From contig NC_047017.1 of assembly GCF_902652985.1 (NCBI RefSeq), forward strand, positions 38,130,001 to 38,194,000: DNA of 64,000 bases. Direction: 5' to 3'. Shown here piece by piece: positions 14,281 to 26,904 of this stretch (positions are counted from its first letter, which is position 1; every line of letters starts with the position of its first letter). Source of the stretch: Pecten maximus (lineage: Eukaryota). The position numbers were made by a program, and so were the translations under genes. The notes beneath the pieces are model-generated. The model did no database searches. It saw only the letters and a list, made by a program, of their open reading frames with translations, and was not told where the DNA came from.

Positions 14281-15315
14281 TTAAACCGATCCCCGAGTTG
14301 AAGTTTCATTTAGGACAGGTCTTCTGTCAAGTATAGCAGAGGACATTGACTTACAGTTTTGTGTGGCTTGTCTATACCGAGCTATGCTCTGTAACCAGCA
14401 ATGGAAGTTAATACGCTGAGCCTCTCCAAACCAGTTACTGGCGAAAGCCGAGGCAACCAACATATGCACATCGTGTTCGAACTCATTACCACAACGCGCA
14501 TAGTTCTCATAGCACCGTTTAATAGCACTGAAGATCCGGTCGCTGTCCGCGTAGCATGGTTTCTTGAGGAGGAACCTAGCGATGAGGAGGGAGAGTTTGG
14601 CGATGCTCTCCGGCGTGTATCCATAATCGTAGTCGGGGTCAAAGTCCGCATATTGGGCATCCAAAAGCTCGTTTCTTTTTTCTTGTAACTCCTCTCTAGA
14701 CTTCCGGTACTCCCGTTCTAGAACACGATTCTTGGACTCTGATATCTGCAGGTCACGCTTGAATGATTTAAGCTGCTGTTCCAGGAATGAAATACGGGAC
14801 ACAAGGTTTGACACTTCCGCTGATGTAATGCTGGCGCTCAGCCGGATGTTCCCAAGTCGCGAGGCGGCAAGGGAGCGGTCATTATCTACGTCGTCTTTAA
14901 TGGCGGCGGCAATTCCCTCGCAGCGCATTTGGTGGGCGGCGAGTTCGTAGCGGTGGATACTTGTGCCACATCCTGCACACTTGACCGGTACGTACCCACA
15001 TGTCTCGATGTGGCACGCGAGCTTCTCTAGCTTGGTAATCACTTTGCAGCCCCGTTCATTGTTATCACACGTGACATCGAATCCATTAATGAGGTTTCGA
15101 AGTGAGAGCACTGGCTTGGCGTCGCTCTCCGTCACTTTGCTTCGACACTCCGGACACGTCCGGACGTCCGGTTTACCGAGCCAGGTGTTGAGGCATAGTC
15201 TACAGAAACTGTGTCCACATGGAGTCAAAACAGGATCTTCAAGTACGGATCCACAAATTCCACAGATCAAGTTCGGGTCGACCGTCGTGATAAAGCGATG
15301 TGTACTGAACCCCAT
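14281..15315 (-). CDS. RING-HC E3 ubiquitin ligase with TRAF/SIAH-type zinc finger and coiled coil (NRDP1/RNF41-PDZRN3-RNF151-like N-terminus), 344 aa, single coding exon
   Basis: MGFxxxRFxxxVDPNLICGICGSVLEDPVLTPCGHSFCRLC...CPECR is a C3HC4 RING with the leader typical of RNF41/PDZRN3; followed by CDNNERGC...HIETC...CAGC...HQMRC zinc fingers and a heptad-rich segment (~aa165-220). Confidence 0.93.
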   Translation of the reverse strand: MGFSTHRFITTVDPNLICGICGSVLEDPVLTPCGHSFCRLCLNTWLGKPDVRTCPECRSKVTESDAKPVLSLRNLINGFDVTCDNNERGCKVITKLEKLACHIETCGYVPVKCAGCGTSIHRYELAAHQMRCEGIAAAIKDDVDNDRSLAASRLGNIRLSASITSAEVSNLVSRISFLEQQLKSFKRDLQISESKNRVLEREYRKSREELQEKRNELLDAQYADFDPDYDYGYTPESIAKLSLLIARFLLKKPCYADSDRIFSAIKRCYENYARCGNEFEHDVHMLVASAFASNWFGEAQRINFHCWLQSIARYRQATQNCKSMSSAILDRRPVLNETSTRGSV

Positions 15316-18300
15316 TGTCGATGTTAATGTAGACTTGGATGGCTATTTTAGAGTTTACCGCCCTGTAAATCACTTGACAGACACTTGTGTTCCTGGGTCA
15401 GCACCTGGTGGGAGTTTGGCGGACAACGACAATCCGTCTCCATTCGTTTAGTATGTAGGCTTTAAGTCCAGTTTTTCTCACAGCAGTGTTTTCGCCAGTG
15501 ACTATATTTAACTCCTCAAATGAAGTGTAACAATTTTGAGTTACTTGACGTTTACTGTATACTGTAAATGTAAATCACTTCCAATTTAATATACACAGAA
15601 CATTGTAGATGAAACGGAAACAGATTTTCCAAAGTGCTTAAAGTTTTAAATATATTTGTAAATAATTCCAAGCAGCACACAACTTTAAAGTTTCCCTACA
15701 GATCACAGGATTGTCTTGTTGTCCTGTCCGGTTTGATTGTCCCGTCTTATCGATTGCTATCTGTTCAATATTTATCCATCGTTTAAAGCCGCGGTCCGAT
15801 ATTTAAATGTCTGCCGTATCCCGTGTCATAGCATTCCTGGCCGAGGTAACAATGAGTGATTGGAGCGTGGCCGCCCGTTACCTGTGTGCTACCTGTAGAG
15901 TCTATAATTATGCATTCACCTTTTTATGGAAATCAATACACATTTCGTGCATGTTCCCCGACTATTACTGAGAGAGACGGATAAAACCGGCTCACAGCGG
16001 GCGTGATATCTCCTGGAGGAACGCCATGGCCGGGATCACATCCTTCAGTACATCGCAAACTATCGATATCATAACGAGTGTAACAGACTATCTATCGGGT
16101 AATTGATGGACGAAAGGTCCAGAATGTCAGTTATGGTTCACGCCAGTAGTATTTACGTTTACTGGTACACGTCCGCAGTCATCAGGTTATCGATGAGTGG
16201 TCCGTTATTGGAAGGACCGGAGGGGTCGACGTTTTATTACTGAATATATGCACGGCCCCTGTTTTATCAGTCTGTTTAAAGTGATGAGGGGCGTGGCGGA
16301 TGATCCACCCGACAGATGTTAGAATGTGGACTCATACTTAATGCATGTCCCCTTCTTCTCCCTGAATTAGAAACACAGCGATAGGTTTCCCTACCCTCTT
16401 TATGTATCGATTTCCAATATCCATAAGTTATATTACCGTACACCCTATATACCAGCCATACACCCATCTGTCACCGTACGTGTCCAGTACTCACAACAGT
16501 AATCTGTGTAGCCAGAGTGTTCACACACTATATAAATATAGGGATGTTCAGACAAGGTTCCACAGAGAAAGACAGCTAACTAAAGGCCCATTGTCCAGAT
16601 GAAACACGACACCTTTTAGTAACTTGTTTGCCTATATTGATATCTGTTTTAAGTGGTGTTGTAACGGCCAGGTATTTACAGCTAATAGACCCGTACAATG
16701 TACATATACATACATAACGCCTGTTGTAACGGTTACAATAGACTATACGTACTTGTGGCGGGTAACACTTTGGATATACAGAACATGTATGGGTAGCCGA
16801 AACCATGTTTTCATTTCAATTTAAGCTGTGTCGGATCCTTTGTGACACAGTTCGACGGTCACGGTGACATCTATTGTATTAGTGTAAATAAAAATAAAAC
16901 TAAGGTAAATCGAATGTGACAAAGGAAGCCGACATATTGCCATTCAGAAAATGGCACCGTATGTAGTGAAAACATCATGATATAATTAGAGCGACAATAA
17001 CCACCACAAAAAATACATGGATTTGCCAAATTGCCATATACATGTACATCTCATTTGTATATTTGGCTAATTAGTCCAATTAAAATTGATCAATCAATAA
17101 GGACACAGTGCCCTCAAATTTCAAATACATTGTATATTGGTACTACCGGTATTAAAGGTACTATTACTAGGGTTTCAGGTGTTAGTCGACCCATTTCAGA
17201 TTTTTAAAATGCCGATAAAATATCAGAAACCTTCGGATGAAGCTAAGACATTATGTAAGGCATCGAGCATTAGAACTATTCCTTTGTAGAAATATATAAA
17301 TGATGGGTGCTGATTGATTAGACCGCTTTGTCATTTCACTTTCTTTAAATGTCCCATAGATGCGGCGAGAAGGCGACATCTTCTTAAACCAAACGACACT
17401 TTCTCGTCGTTATAAAGGGAACAAACAAAACAAGAAACTGGTCCTGAGGAGTCTCCGTGATCGGTAAATAAAATGTCGAAAACGACCATTTAGGATTCAG
17501 GCGGAGTCCATCACAGTTGACGTCAGTACTAAATCATTATCTCAGCATCTAAACTGATGGCTATAGAGGATGTACACAGCCATTGATAATTTCTGTATAT
17601 GTCTCTTTCACACAGTTTCTTTTAAGGCGAAAACACCAGGGGAATATTGGTGCTGGGATGGAGTCAGCCATGAATACCACACATTGGCGCTGTTATAAGT
17701 TTATTGAAATCTTCATTATATTATTTTTGACGAATTTCACACAAATTGATATGTCTGCATGCTGGTACAATGTTCTGTTTCTTCTCGACTATACGGTGTC
17801 CTCGTCCAGCTTACCTCTAGTTTATTGACGTTTTATAATCACATTCATGACGGACATCAAGTTTGACACGTGTTCCTGGTGTTTCTTTGACACTTAACAC
17901 ATATTTGATAACAGCTGTTAATACGTATACCGAGTGAGTAGATCTACCATCAAAGTCGCGTCCACCTGCAATGAGCCATTGGAAATAAGCAATCATGTGG
18001 TTTTCGTAATGTTGCTTTTATTGGATGCTTTGAATATTCAACATGGGAAATATTGACACGTTCCAATAACAGTGTTGGTAAGGTAAAAACCATACGAGTA
18101 ATGATTCTACTGTTTGGAGATCGAAGTACACTTAAGGGGGTTAGCGTTACTTGACGAGGGCTCCTAGACGACATAGCTGCATGGTGGAGCTGAATTATTT
18201 TTTGTGCTACTGTATCGGACTCTTATTTTGTTATCACGTGCTTATACATTGTGTAGATATTTGTATATTTGGTTAAGTCGGGCGGTATGGACCTTGTGTC

Positions 18301-18394
18301 ACCTGCCCGTCCACGTGAGTTATATTCAGGAACTCCGGGTTTCCTTCGACAGTCACACCCCTCTCTCACGCCCACCAGTGGTTGTATACTTACG

Positions 18395-19319
18395 TTTCTA
18401 CCACAATACCCTGTGTTATTCAACTCTCAGACCATCAGTTAATCATTACAGCCGTTGATTAACAATCTGTTTATACCACACGTGGTATAAACTCTGTACG
18501 CATTTCGATTGGCTGACACGCTGAACTTTGACCCAAGCTGCAATTGTTATTGACGTCATCAATAATCTAATGACGTCACATCACCGGGTCCCGGACGTCA
18601 CCGGTACACTTTATTTGCATACGCGAAATTATACTTGGCCACGTTTCCCTTTGATTCAAGCAGATATTATTGTGGTAGAAACAGGTCACACGACTCGAAA
18701 TTGTTGGATATGGAATTTATTTCACACTCGTAAGTTATTTTTTAAAAGTTGCAAAAAACACTCGCTAAAGCTCGTGTCTTTTGTAACTTTTAAAAAATAA
18801 CTTACTCGTGTGAAATAAATTCCATATCCAACAACCACTCGTTGTGTAACCTCTATTTCTACCACAATACCCCGTGTTATTCAACTCTCAGACCATCAGT
18901 TAATTATTACAGCTGTTGATTAACAATCTGTTTATACCACACGTGGTATAAACTCTGTACGCATTTTGATTGGCTAACACGGTGAACTTTGACCCAAGCT
19001 GCAATTGTTATTGACGTCATCAATAATCTAATGACGTCACATCACCGGGTCCTGGACGTCACCGGCACACTTTATTTGCATACGCAAAATTATACTTGGC
19101 CACGTTTCCGTTTGATTCAAGCCGATATTATTGTGGTAGAAACAGGTCACACGACTCGAAATTGTTGGATATGGAATTTATTTCACACTCGTAAGTTATT
19201 TTTTAAAAGTTGCAAAAAACACTCGCTAAAGCTCGTGTCTTTTGCAACTTTTAAAAAATAACTTACGAGTGTGAAATAAATTCCATATCCAACAACCACT
19301 CGTTGTGTAACCTCTATTT
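18395..19319. mobile_element. Head-to-tail dimer of a 461-bp fold-back element (non-autonomous, possibly Crypton-like)
   Basis: Units start TTTCTACCACAATACC at 18395 and 18856; each has a hairpin with ~61-bp arms around TCGCTAAAGCTC and a GTTTATACCAC-ac-GTGGTATAAAC palindrome (18469-18492); no TSD seen. Family assignment is inference. Confidence 0.7.
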
Positions 19320-22300
19320 AACTGTTATTTTTTAATATCGAGGCATTGATTGTAAATGATTAATGTAATATTTCACGCAGGCAATTTTGAAGCGAAAATG
19401 TTTACTACATATAATTTTATCTAGATCGCCATATACAGCTGATATATAGAGGAGACTTTGATTTCTTCTTATCGATGTGATCGTCATGGTGATCACGTGA
19501 TGCACGAGCTATACATAAAAAACGACACAGCGGCCTTTGGTTGGAGTCCAAGAGACTATTTTTTTGCAGAAACAGGCCACATAGAGTTCTTTGATGTAAA
19601 AATATAAACAGCATGCTCACTGAGGGTAATGCACTACCACATACTAATAAATACCTTTCATACTATGCGGTTACCTGTCTAAGAAGAAGTTGATCACCTG
19701 GTCGTGACAATAAACACACAATACAAGACACATTTCCAGTAGAGAGTTATGTACAGTTGTCACCCGAGTCTAGTTAGTAAACACCTCGTTATCTACATAC
19801 ATTGTGCTGTATTTACTTGTAACCCATTTCAGAAATGCAGAAAATTGTCTGAAACTGTCATACAATAGGCCTACAGATTCCTTAAGTACCATGGCCTGTA
19901 TAGAGGTGTATGTAACGTCACGATAATCTAACGTCACTGCACCGCTGTAACATTACCAAAGGAACAGATGTGTAAATCGATCACATTTATGTTTCATTAT
20001 TAATAAGAAAATACCGAGAAATTTTATGCGTCATACTGCCATTTGAACTTTAAATTAAAAAAAACCCCAACGTGTTCATGATTTTACTGATATATACTTT
20101 CAACACCAAACAGATATTCAAATAAAAGTTTAGAATTTTGTGTATAAGAACCGGAAGTGAATGTATCACTTCCGTTATAATGACATACTACATTTCTAGT
20201 ACTTAAAATGTACCTAACATTTCGAATATTTTCGTGTTGATTATTATTAAACGTTTTATTTCATTTTTTACATATCTGAGCTGTTAAATAACAGAAGACC
20301 TATTCGTATAAATGTTTTGATAACTCTGATAAACATTGAACCTTCTCGTACATGTCTTGTGACGCAAAGTAGGCCGCAACATTGGCCCTCGACTTATAAT
20401 GAATTGTTCAAACATATCTCATGAACTCTTAAATTGGACAGTGTAAAAAAACATCCAATCGGGCAAAATGTTCGTGCGGGGAGAGAGATTTTGTTGTTCC
20501 TAAAACCGGTAATTTAACACATTCGTCCTGAATCGAAAATTGTAACGTAGATATACAAAACAGTACCTTGTTTCTGTATTCATTGATGATGATGTGCAAC
20601 GCGATAATAGGACGCCAGCAACAAGAGAACGCGAAAACTCGGTCGTGAAAGCGCGATACTATAGCGGGCGATTCGGGACAACTTATAATTCTCTTACTCT
20701 AGCTCCCAAATCTTAGGTCGGCAACGCGACGATATTAGAATACGGCGGCCGACGAGGAATGAAGCAGACGCGATTAAATACAATGGCGACGTGATTATTC
20801 AAAAGACCGGCGTCGAAGTAACGCGAGTACGTTATTACGTGTGTGAAAACTGTGACACCCTACGTGAGCAAGAACAGAGACGATGACGTAGAAGCGAGAT
20901 TATTGCTCTGTTTTCTTCAAAATCAGTTTCAGTTTATGAAGAAACATGCTCTCTGTCTGATTGTCCGATCGTTTTTAATATTGATTTACACTGTCCAACT
21001 CCGTACACGGTGTATCTCTAATACAACAGATGTTGGCACTGCTTCAGGCTAAAACATGGATGTTCGATTGGCATTCCATCTGGTGTTGAGCCTCCCTCCA
21101 CACAATCCTTCCCATCACCACTCCACAATACCACCTCTGATCACGATCACAATCTACAGCTTCTGCTGATAAAGTATTCATGCATTTTCACAATTTTGAT
21201 GGAAGAGATGTCTCTATGTGCCAAATTATGTCAATACCTGGTATCTAATTGAAGCAGAGAGTACCCCATCCCAAATCTTGGCGGTGGCCTATCAGCGCAG
21301 CGCACGCGATGAAAGCAAATAACTGAGCCTTTTCCGTAAATATCTCATCACAAACAGACACTCAAGTTCCTTCTAAAGAAGGACACATCTTACAAAATAT
21401 GATGTATGTAATGAAACTGAGAAATCGATGTTTGTTTAAAACGTGTCATTGTGACGCAACGCTCTTCGATATATCATTATGAAATTGATTTGGGAAAATT
21501 GAACTTTGGGTTTCACACACCCAGGAAGGGCGATGGATCTAATCTCGGAAAAAGGCGATGGTTCCAGTCTAAAATCAACCTTTGGTCCGTCCATTTTCTT
21601 CCTTCCTCCGAATTAGATTTTGAGTCACTGGCTCATCTTTTATTAATGACCCAACAGACGGAAGGTCCCACAGAGGTAGACCAGGGAGGGATAGCAGTCC
21701 CTCCTCTCTAGACACAGTTAATAATTATCTCCCTTAGGACGTCAAGTCATCTCTTCACTAGAAAGCGTGAAAACATGTCGTGACTGATGATGTGCTTCAC
21801 CTATGACCTCTCTTTGATTTTGGTTTTAAAGACTCTATCAGACATTACTATGGTCCGTCTCTTCACATATTGATTTCCAGTCATAAAGAATGCTTATGGA
21901 AACATGCAGCAAATAATGCAACAGATGTCTAGTTATCACTTGAAAGAGGCTTGGACTTCTGTTGGTAAGGGTAATACCACATTATCACGCAACAGTGAAG
22001 GTGAGGTACGCAGCACCAAAGACGAGAATCACCGACGAAATTAAGCAAGTAAACAGATTCAAATTTAAGTGAAAAAAAAAGGTCTCGAAAATTAGTATGT
22101 GTGTTGTTAATAACTTATTTATTCGTTTACTCCTGAATGTTAAAGGACTGTAAACATTATAATGCCTGACTGTTGTATTGAAATGCTTAAATTAAACTCA
22201 CAATTATTCTGTACTCCTGTTCATGTGATATTAGTCATCTATGGTGACGTTTTGTTTAATGATAAAGGCATCTATATATCAATTACATATATCCCATTAG

Positions 22301-22492
22301 TGAAAAACACTTCCAATGCTGCGATAGATTATCTAAGGAAGACGCCAATTAAAACTTCATTAAAATCATTAATTATGTTTAAAGCGATTATTTGTATTGT
22401 ATAAGATTTTTTGGTATTTACGTTAGTTTTCATGGGGTTTAACATCATTACTGTTACTATAGATGCCATACACCACAACGCAACACCTCCAC

Positions 22493-22607
22493 CATAGGGG
22501 CATGTCTAGTCTTATATTAAAAAATAGCCGGAAATACCTTTATATTAGGTCTTAATATATAGGTATTTCTGGATTTATTTTAATATAAGACTAGACATGC
22601 CCCTGTG
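22493..22607. mobile_element. 115-bp fold-back MITE with 7-bp TSD (P-superfamily-like ends)
   Basis: 55-bp imperfect inverted arms CA(T/C)AGGGGCATGTCTAGTCTTATATTAAAA...; CCTCCAC duplicated at 22486-22492 and 22608-22614; CANRG ends with a 7-8-bp TSD fit the P superfamily. Confidence 0.85.
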
Positions 22608-22737
22608 CCTCCACTGTACGAAGTGACGATGGCTGGATTTTAAAGTAAAATGTATTGATGGTACAAGGGAGGCAATTCCTGCATCCAAGGCACAGTCTAT
22701 TCAACCATAGTACCTATTGAAGCCGAACTAGCTAGCC

Positions 22738-23270
22738 TGTATCTGTACTCGAGGATGTTACAGGTGTATCCGTAGTCGGGACTGTGACAGGTGTATCTGT
22801 AGTCGGGACTGTGACAGGTGTATCTGTAGTTGGGACTGTGACAGGTGTATCTGTAGTCGGGACTGTGACAGGTGTATCCGTAGTCGGGACTGTGACAGGT
22901 GTATCTGTAGTCGGGACTGTGACAGGTGTATCTGTAGTCGGGACTGTGACGGGTGTATCTGTAGTCGTGACTGTGACAGGTGTATCTGTAGTTGGGACTG
23001 TGACAGGTGTATCTGTAGTCGGGACTGTGACGGGTGTATCTGTAGTCGGGACTGTGACAGGTGTATCTGTAGTCGGGACTGTGACAGGTGTATCTGTAGT
23101 CGGGGATGTTACAGGTGTATCTGTAGTCGGGGATGTTACAGGTGTATCTGTAGTCGGGACTGTGACAGATGTATCTGTAGTCGGGACTGTGACAGGTGTA
23201 TCTGTAGTCGGGACTGTGACAGGTGTATCTGTAGTCGGGGATGTTACAGGTGTATCTGTAGTCGGGACTG
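22738..23270. repeat. 27-bp minisatellite, ~20 copies
   Basis: GACAGGTGTATCTGTAGTCGGGACTGT repeated. Confidence 0.96.
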
Positions 23271-23379
23271 TGCAGAAAGTGCCGTCAGACCTTCTGGTGG
23301 TCACTATTGTAAATCTGACAATGACCGGAAATCCCATCTAGTGCCAAAACATCGGACCAGTAAAAGTTTACATATATCT

Positions 23380-24766
23380 ACGCCACACTGTCTATCATCT
23401 GTAGTGGTCAAACAAATGTCGCCACACTGTCTATCGTCTGTAGTGGTCAAACAAATGTCGCCACGCTATCTGTCGTCTCTGGTGGTCAAACAAATGTCGC
23501 CACACTGTCTATCGTTTCAAGTGGTCAAACAAATGTCAACATACTGTCTATCGTCTCTGGTGGTCAAACAAATGTCGCCACGCTGTCTATCATCTGTAGT
23601 GGTCAAACAAATGTCGCCACGTTGTCTATCGTCTCCATTGGTCAAACAAATGTCGACATACTGTCTATCGTCTCTGGTGGTCAAACAAATGTCGCCACGC
23701 TGTCTATCGTCTCTAGTTGTCAAACAAATGTCGCCACATTGTCTATCATCTGTAGTGGTCAAACAAAAGTCGCCACACTGTCTATCGTTTCAAGTGGTCA
23801 AACAAATGTCGCCACGCTGTCTGTCGTCTCTGGTGGTCAAACAAACGTCGCCACACTGTCTATCGTCTCTAGTTGTCAAACAAATGTCGCCACATTGTCT
23901 ATCATCTGTAGGGGTCAAAGAAATGTCGCCACACTGTCTATCGTTTCAAGTGGTCAAACAAATGTCGCCACACTGTCTATCGTTTCAAGTGGTCAAACAA
24001 ATGGCGGACGCTGTATGTCGTCTCTGGTGGTCAAACAAATGTCGCCACGCTGTCTATTGTCTCTAGTGGTCAAACAAATGTCGCCACGCTGTCTATCATC
24101 TGTAGTGGTCAAACAAATGTCGCGACACTGTCTATCGTTTCAAGTGGTCAAACAAATGTCGCCACGCTGTCTATTGTCTCTGGTGGTCAAACAAATGTCG
24201 CCACGCTGTCTATCATCGGTAGTGGTCAAACAAATGTCGCCACGCTGTCTGTCGTCTCAAGTGGTCAAACAAATGTCGCCACATTGTCTATCGTTTCAAG
24301 TGGTCAAACAAATGTTGCCACACTGTCTATCGTTTCAAGTGGTCAAACAAATGTCGCCACACTGTCTATCATCTGTAGTGGTCAAACACATGTCGCCACA
24401 CCGTCTATGATCTGTAGTGGTCAAACAAATGTCGCCACGCTGTCTGTCGTCTCAAGTGGTCAAACAAATGTCGCCACACTGTCTATCGTTTCAAGTGGTC
24501 AAACAAATGTCGCCACACTGTCTATCACCTGTAGTCGTCAAACACATGTCGTCACACTGTCTATCGTCTCTTTTGGTCAAACAAATGTCGACATACTGTC
24601 TATTGTCTCTGGTGGTCAAACAAATGTCGCCACGCTGTCTATCATCTGAAGTGGTCAAACAAATGTCGCCACGCTGTCTATCGGCTCTATTGGTCAAACA
24701 TTGTCGCCATATTGTCTATTGTCTCTGGTGGTCAAACAAAAGTCGCCACGCTGTCTATAGTCTCTA
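23380..24766. repeat. 39-bp minisatellite, ~35 copies
   Basis: GTGGTCAAACAAATGTCGCCACRCTGTCTATCRTYTSWA repeated. Confidence 0.96.
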
Positions 24767-25097
24767 GTCTCAACAAGGATTCCCTTGATATGACCTTTAT
24801 CAAATTGCACAAACACCCTATATACCACTTTCATATTGATGTTTTACCTTCTTTGGAATAAACTACTGTATAGGAAATAAGTTAATAAATGTATTCAAAA
24901 CATAACTTGACAAGGAAAATATCAGACACGATCCAAAGTGTTTTAGTCAGGTAATCGTGAGAGTATATTACTCTATGTTAGACTCCGACTAAAATGCAAC
25001 TCACTAAATCAATATTCATTTCACTTCTTGATTACCAATTTGTATTTACCACGTACACTCAGCACGCGACAATGTCCATCACTGAGGTCCATCCTTC

Positions 25098-25820
25098 AAT
25101 CATCACTACCACTCTCAGAATACACATCACTACCACCCTCAGAATACATACCAGGATTCATTACCAATTACGCTCCAGAATTCATTACCAATTACGCTTG
25201 CTGTACCATCACTACCACTCTCAGAATACATTACCAATTACGCTTGCTGTATTCCATCACTACCGCTCTCAGAATACATTTCCAATAACGCTTGCTGTAT
25301 TCCATCACTACCACTCTCAGAATACATTACCAATTACGCTTGCTGTATTCCATCACTACCACTCTCGGAATACATTACCAATTACGCTTGCTGTATTCCA
25401 TCACTACCACTCTCGGAATACATTACCAATTACGCTTGCTGTATTCCATCACTACCACTCTCGGAATACATTACCAATTACGCTTGCTGTATTCCATCAC
25501 TACCACTCTCGGAATACATTACCAATTACGCTTGCTGTATTCCATCACTACCACTCTCGGAATACATTACCAATTACGCTTGCTGTATTCCATCACTACC
25601 ACTCTCAGAATACATTACCAATTACGCTTGCTGTATTCCATCACTACCACTCTCAGAATACAATCACTACCACTCTCAGAATATAACACTACCACTCACA
25701 GAATACAATCACTACCACTCTCAGAATACAACACTACCACTCTCAGAATACAACACTACCACTCACAGAATACAATCACTACCACTCTCAGAATACATCA
25801 CCTATTACGCTTGCTGTATC
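25098..25820. repeat. 48-bp minisatellite with a 21-23-bp sub-repeat at both ends
   Basis: CATCACTACCACTCTCRGAATACATTACCAATTACGCTTGCTGTATTC; the half-unit CACTACCACTCTCAGAATACA is repeated alone at ~25100-25150 and ~25640-25800. Confidence 0.95.
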
Positions 25821-26904
25821 CCAGCAGTGACGAAGTTGTTTTTTTATTTACTAGTTTCTCTACCTATAAGCACATGTCAGCGGAACCACTGAATGTATTA
25901 TTTAGATTTTACATTTAGATATTAAAAATGCTAAAATATCTTTCCTTTACAAGTGTTTCATGCAAGTGTATTTAGAAAACATAGTGACATTATCATTATA
26001 CCAGAGAACTACATTTCCTCGTGAAACATTGTGTATGCGTTGCCTGACAATGATTTTATAATTTTCTTGAAAAAAAAAAAAAAAAAAAAAATATGCAAAC
26101 GCAAAGATGGTTTCAGAATATTTTCTTTTATCTTCAAGTGGGGTGAAGACGGGAAATGAGCTAGCGTTCCTTGTAACTACCGGAGTATTGACGTCATCAC
26201 TCCATTCCTCAATACGTGTTACTGAGGAGAGATTAAGAGGCGTTTCCCTCAAACTGAGTGAGATAGAACCTGATTTATTCTAGGGTTGTACATTTTCTGA
26301 GACCTACACTTTCATTTTGTTACATTATTGTATTGCATTTTCTTTTCATTAAGAGAGCTATGGTTAAGATCACCAGTTCCTCCGTGTCAAGCTGGACCGT
26401 AGTTGTACATGAACATCAATTAAATGTGAAACAGATGATAATTTCTAGCTTTAACAACAGTCATTCATGAAGACTCCAAAAATAGAAATGTTGTCGCCCT
26501 ACACAGAACTCGGTTGTTCGTTGTAGTGTTGATACACGTGCCCCTCAGCATAAGAAACATTCCCATTGAGAGCATATTCGTCGTCCAGGTTAAAAAGATG
26601 AAGGTTGTTGAAAAAAAATCATGAATAATAAGAAACCTTCTGCTGCTCTCATTTGCATATTTCTATGACATCAATGAAAAACTACAATTTCAATGGAATC
26701 AGATGACACACGGGGCCGATATAATCATGTGGAGTTCGTGAAGCCACAGTAATTAATGCCGTTGAAAGCATATCAGATATCATTATTGACGCCATAAATC
26801 CAGTTTGTATTTTAAATACGAATACAATAAATGCATACATTTGTATCTAATGTATTTGAATAGGTGATGTCCAGGATATTATCTATTGCGTAAATAAAAT
26901 CTAA

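Noticed and set aside
14382-15451. Overlapping and antisense ORFs over the RING gene (similar ones overlap the GPCR and fuseless genes)
   Set aside because: Shadow ORFs of GC-richer coding sequence.
18528-19261. Duplicated 90-aa ORFs
   Set aside because: TTG starts inside the 461-bp palindromic element; no recognisable protein features.
22732-23337. Mucin-like TTDTPVTVP ORF (minus strand)
   Set aside because: Open on both strands because of a 27-bp unit; no signal peptide or linked exons seen. It cannot be fully excluded without RNA-seq.
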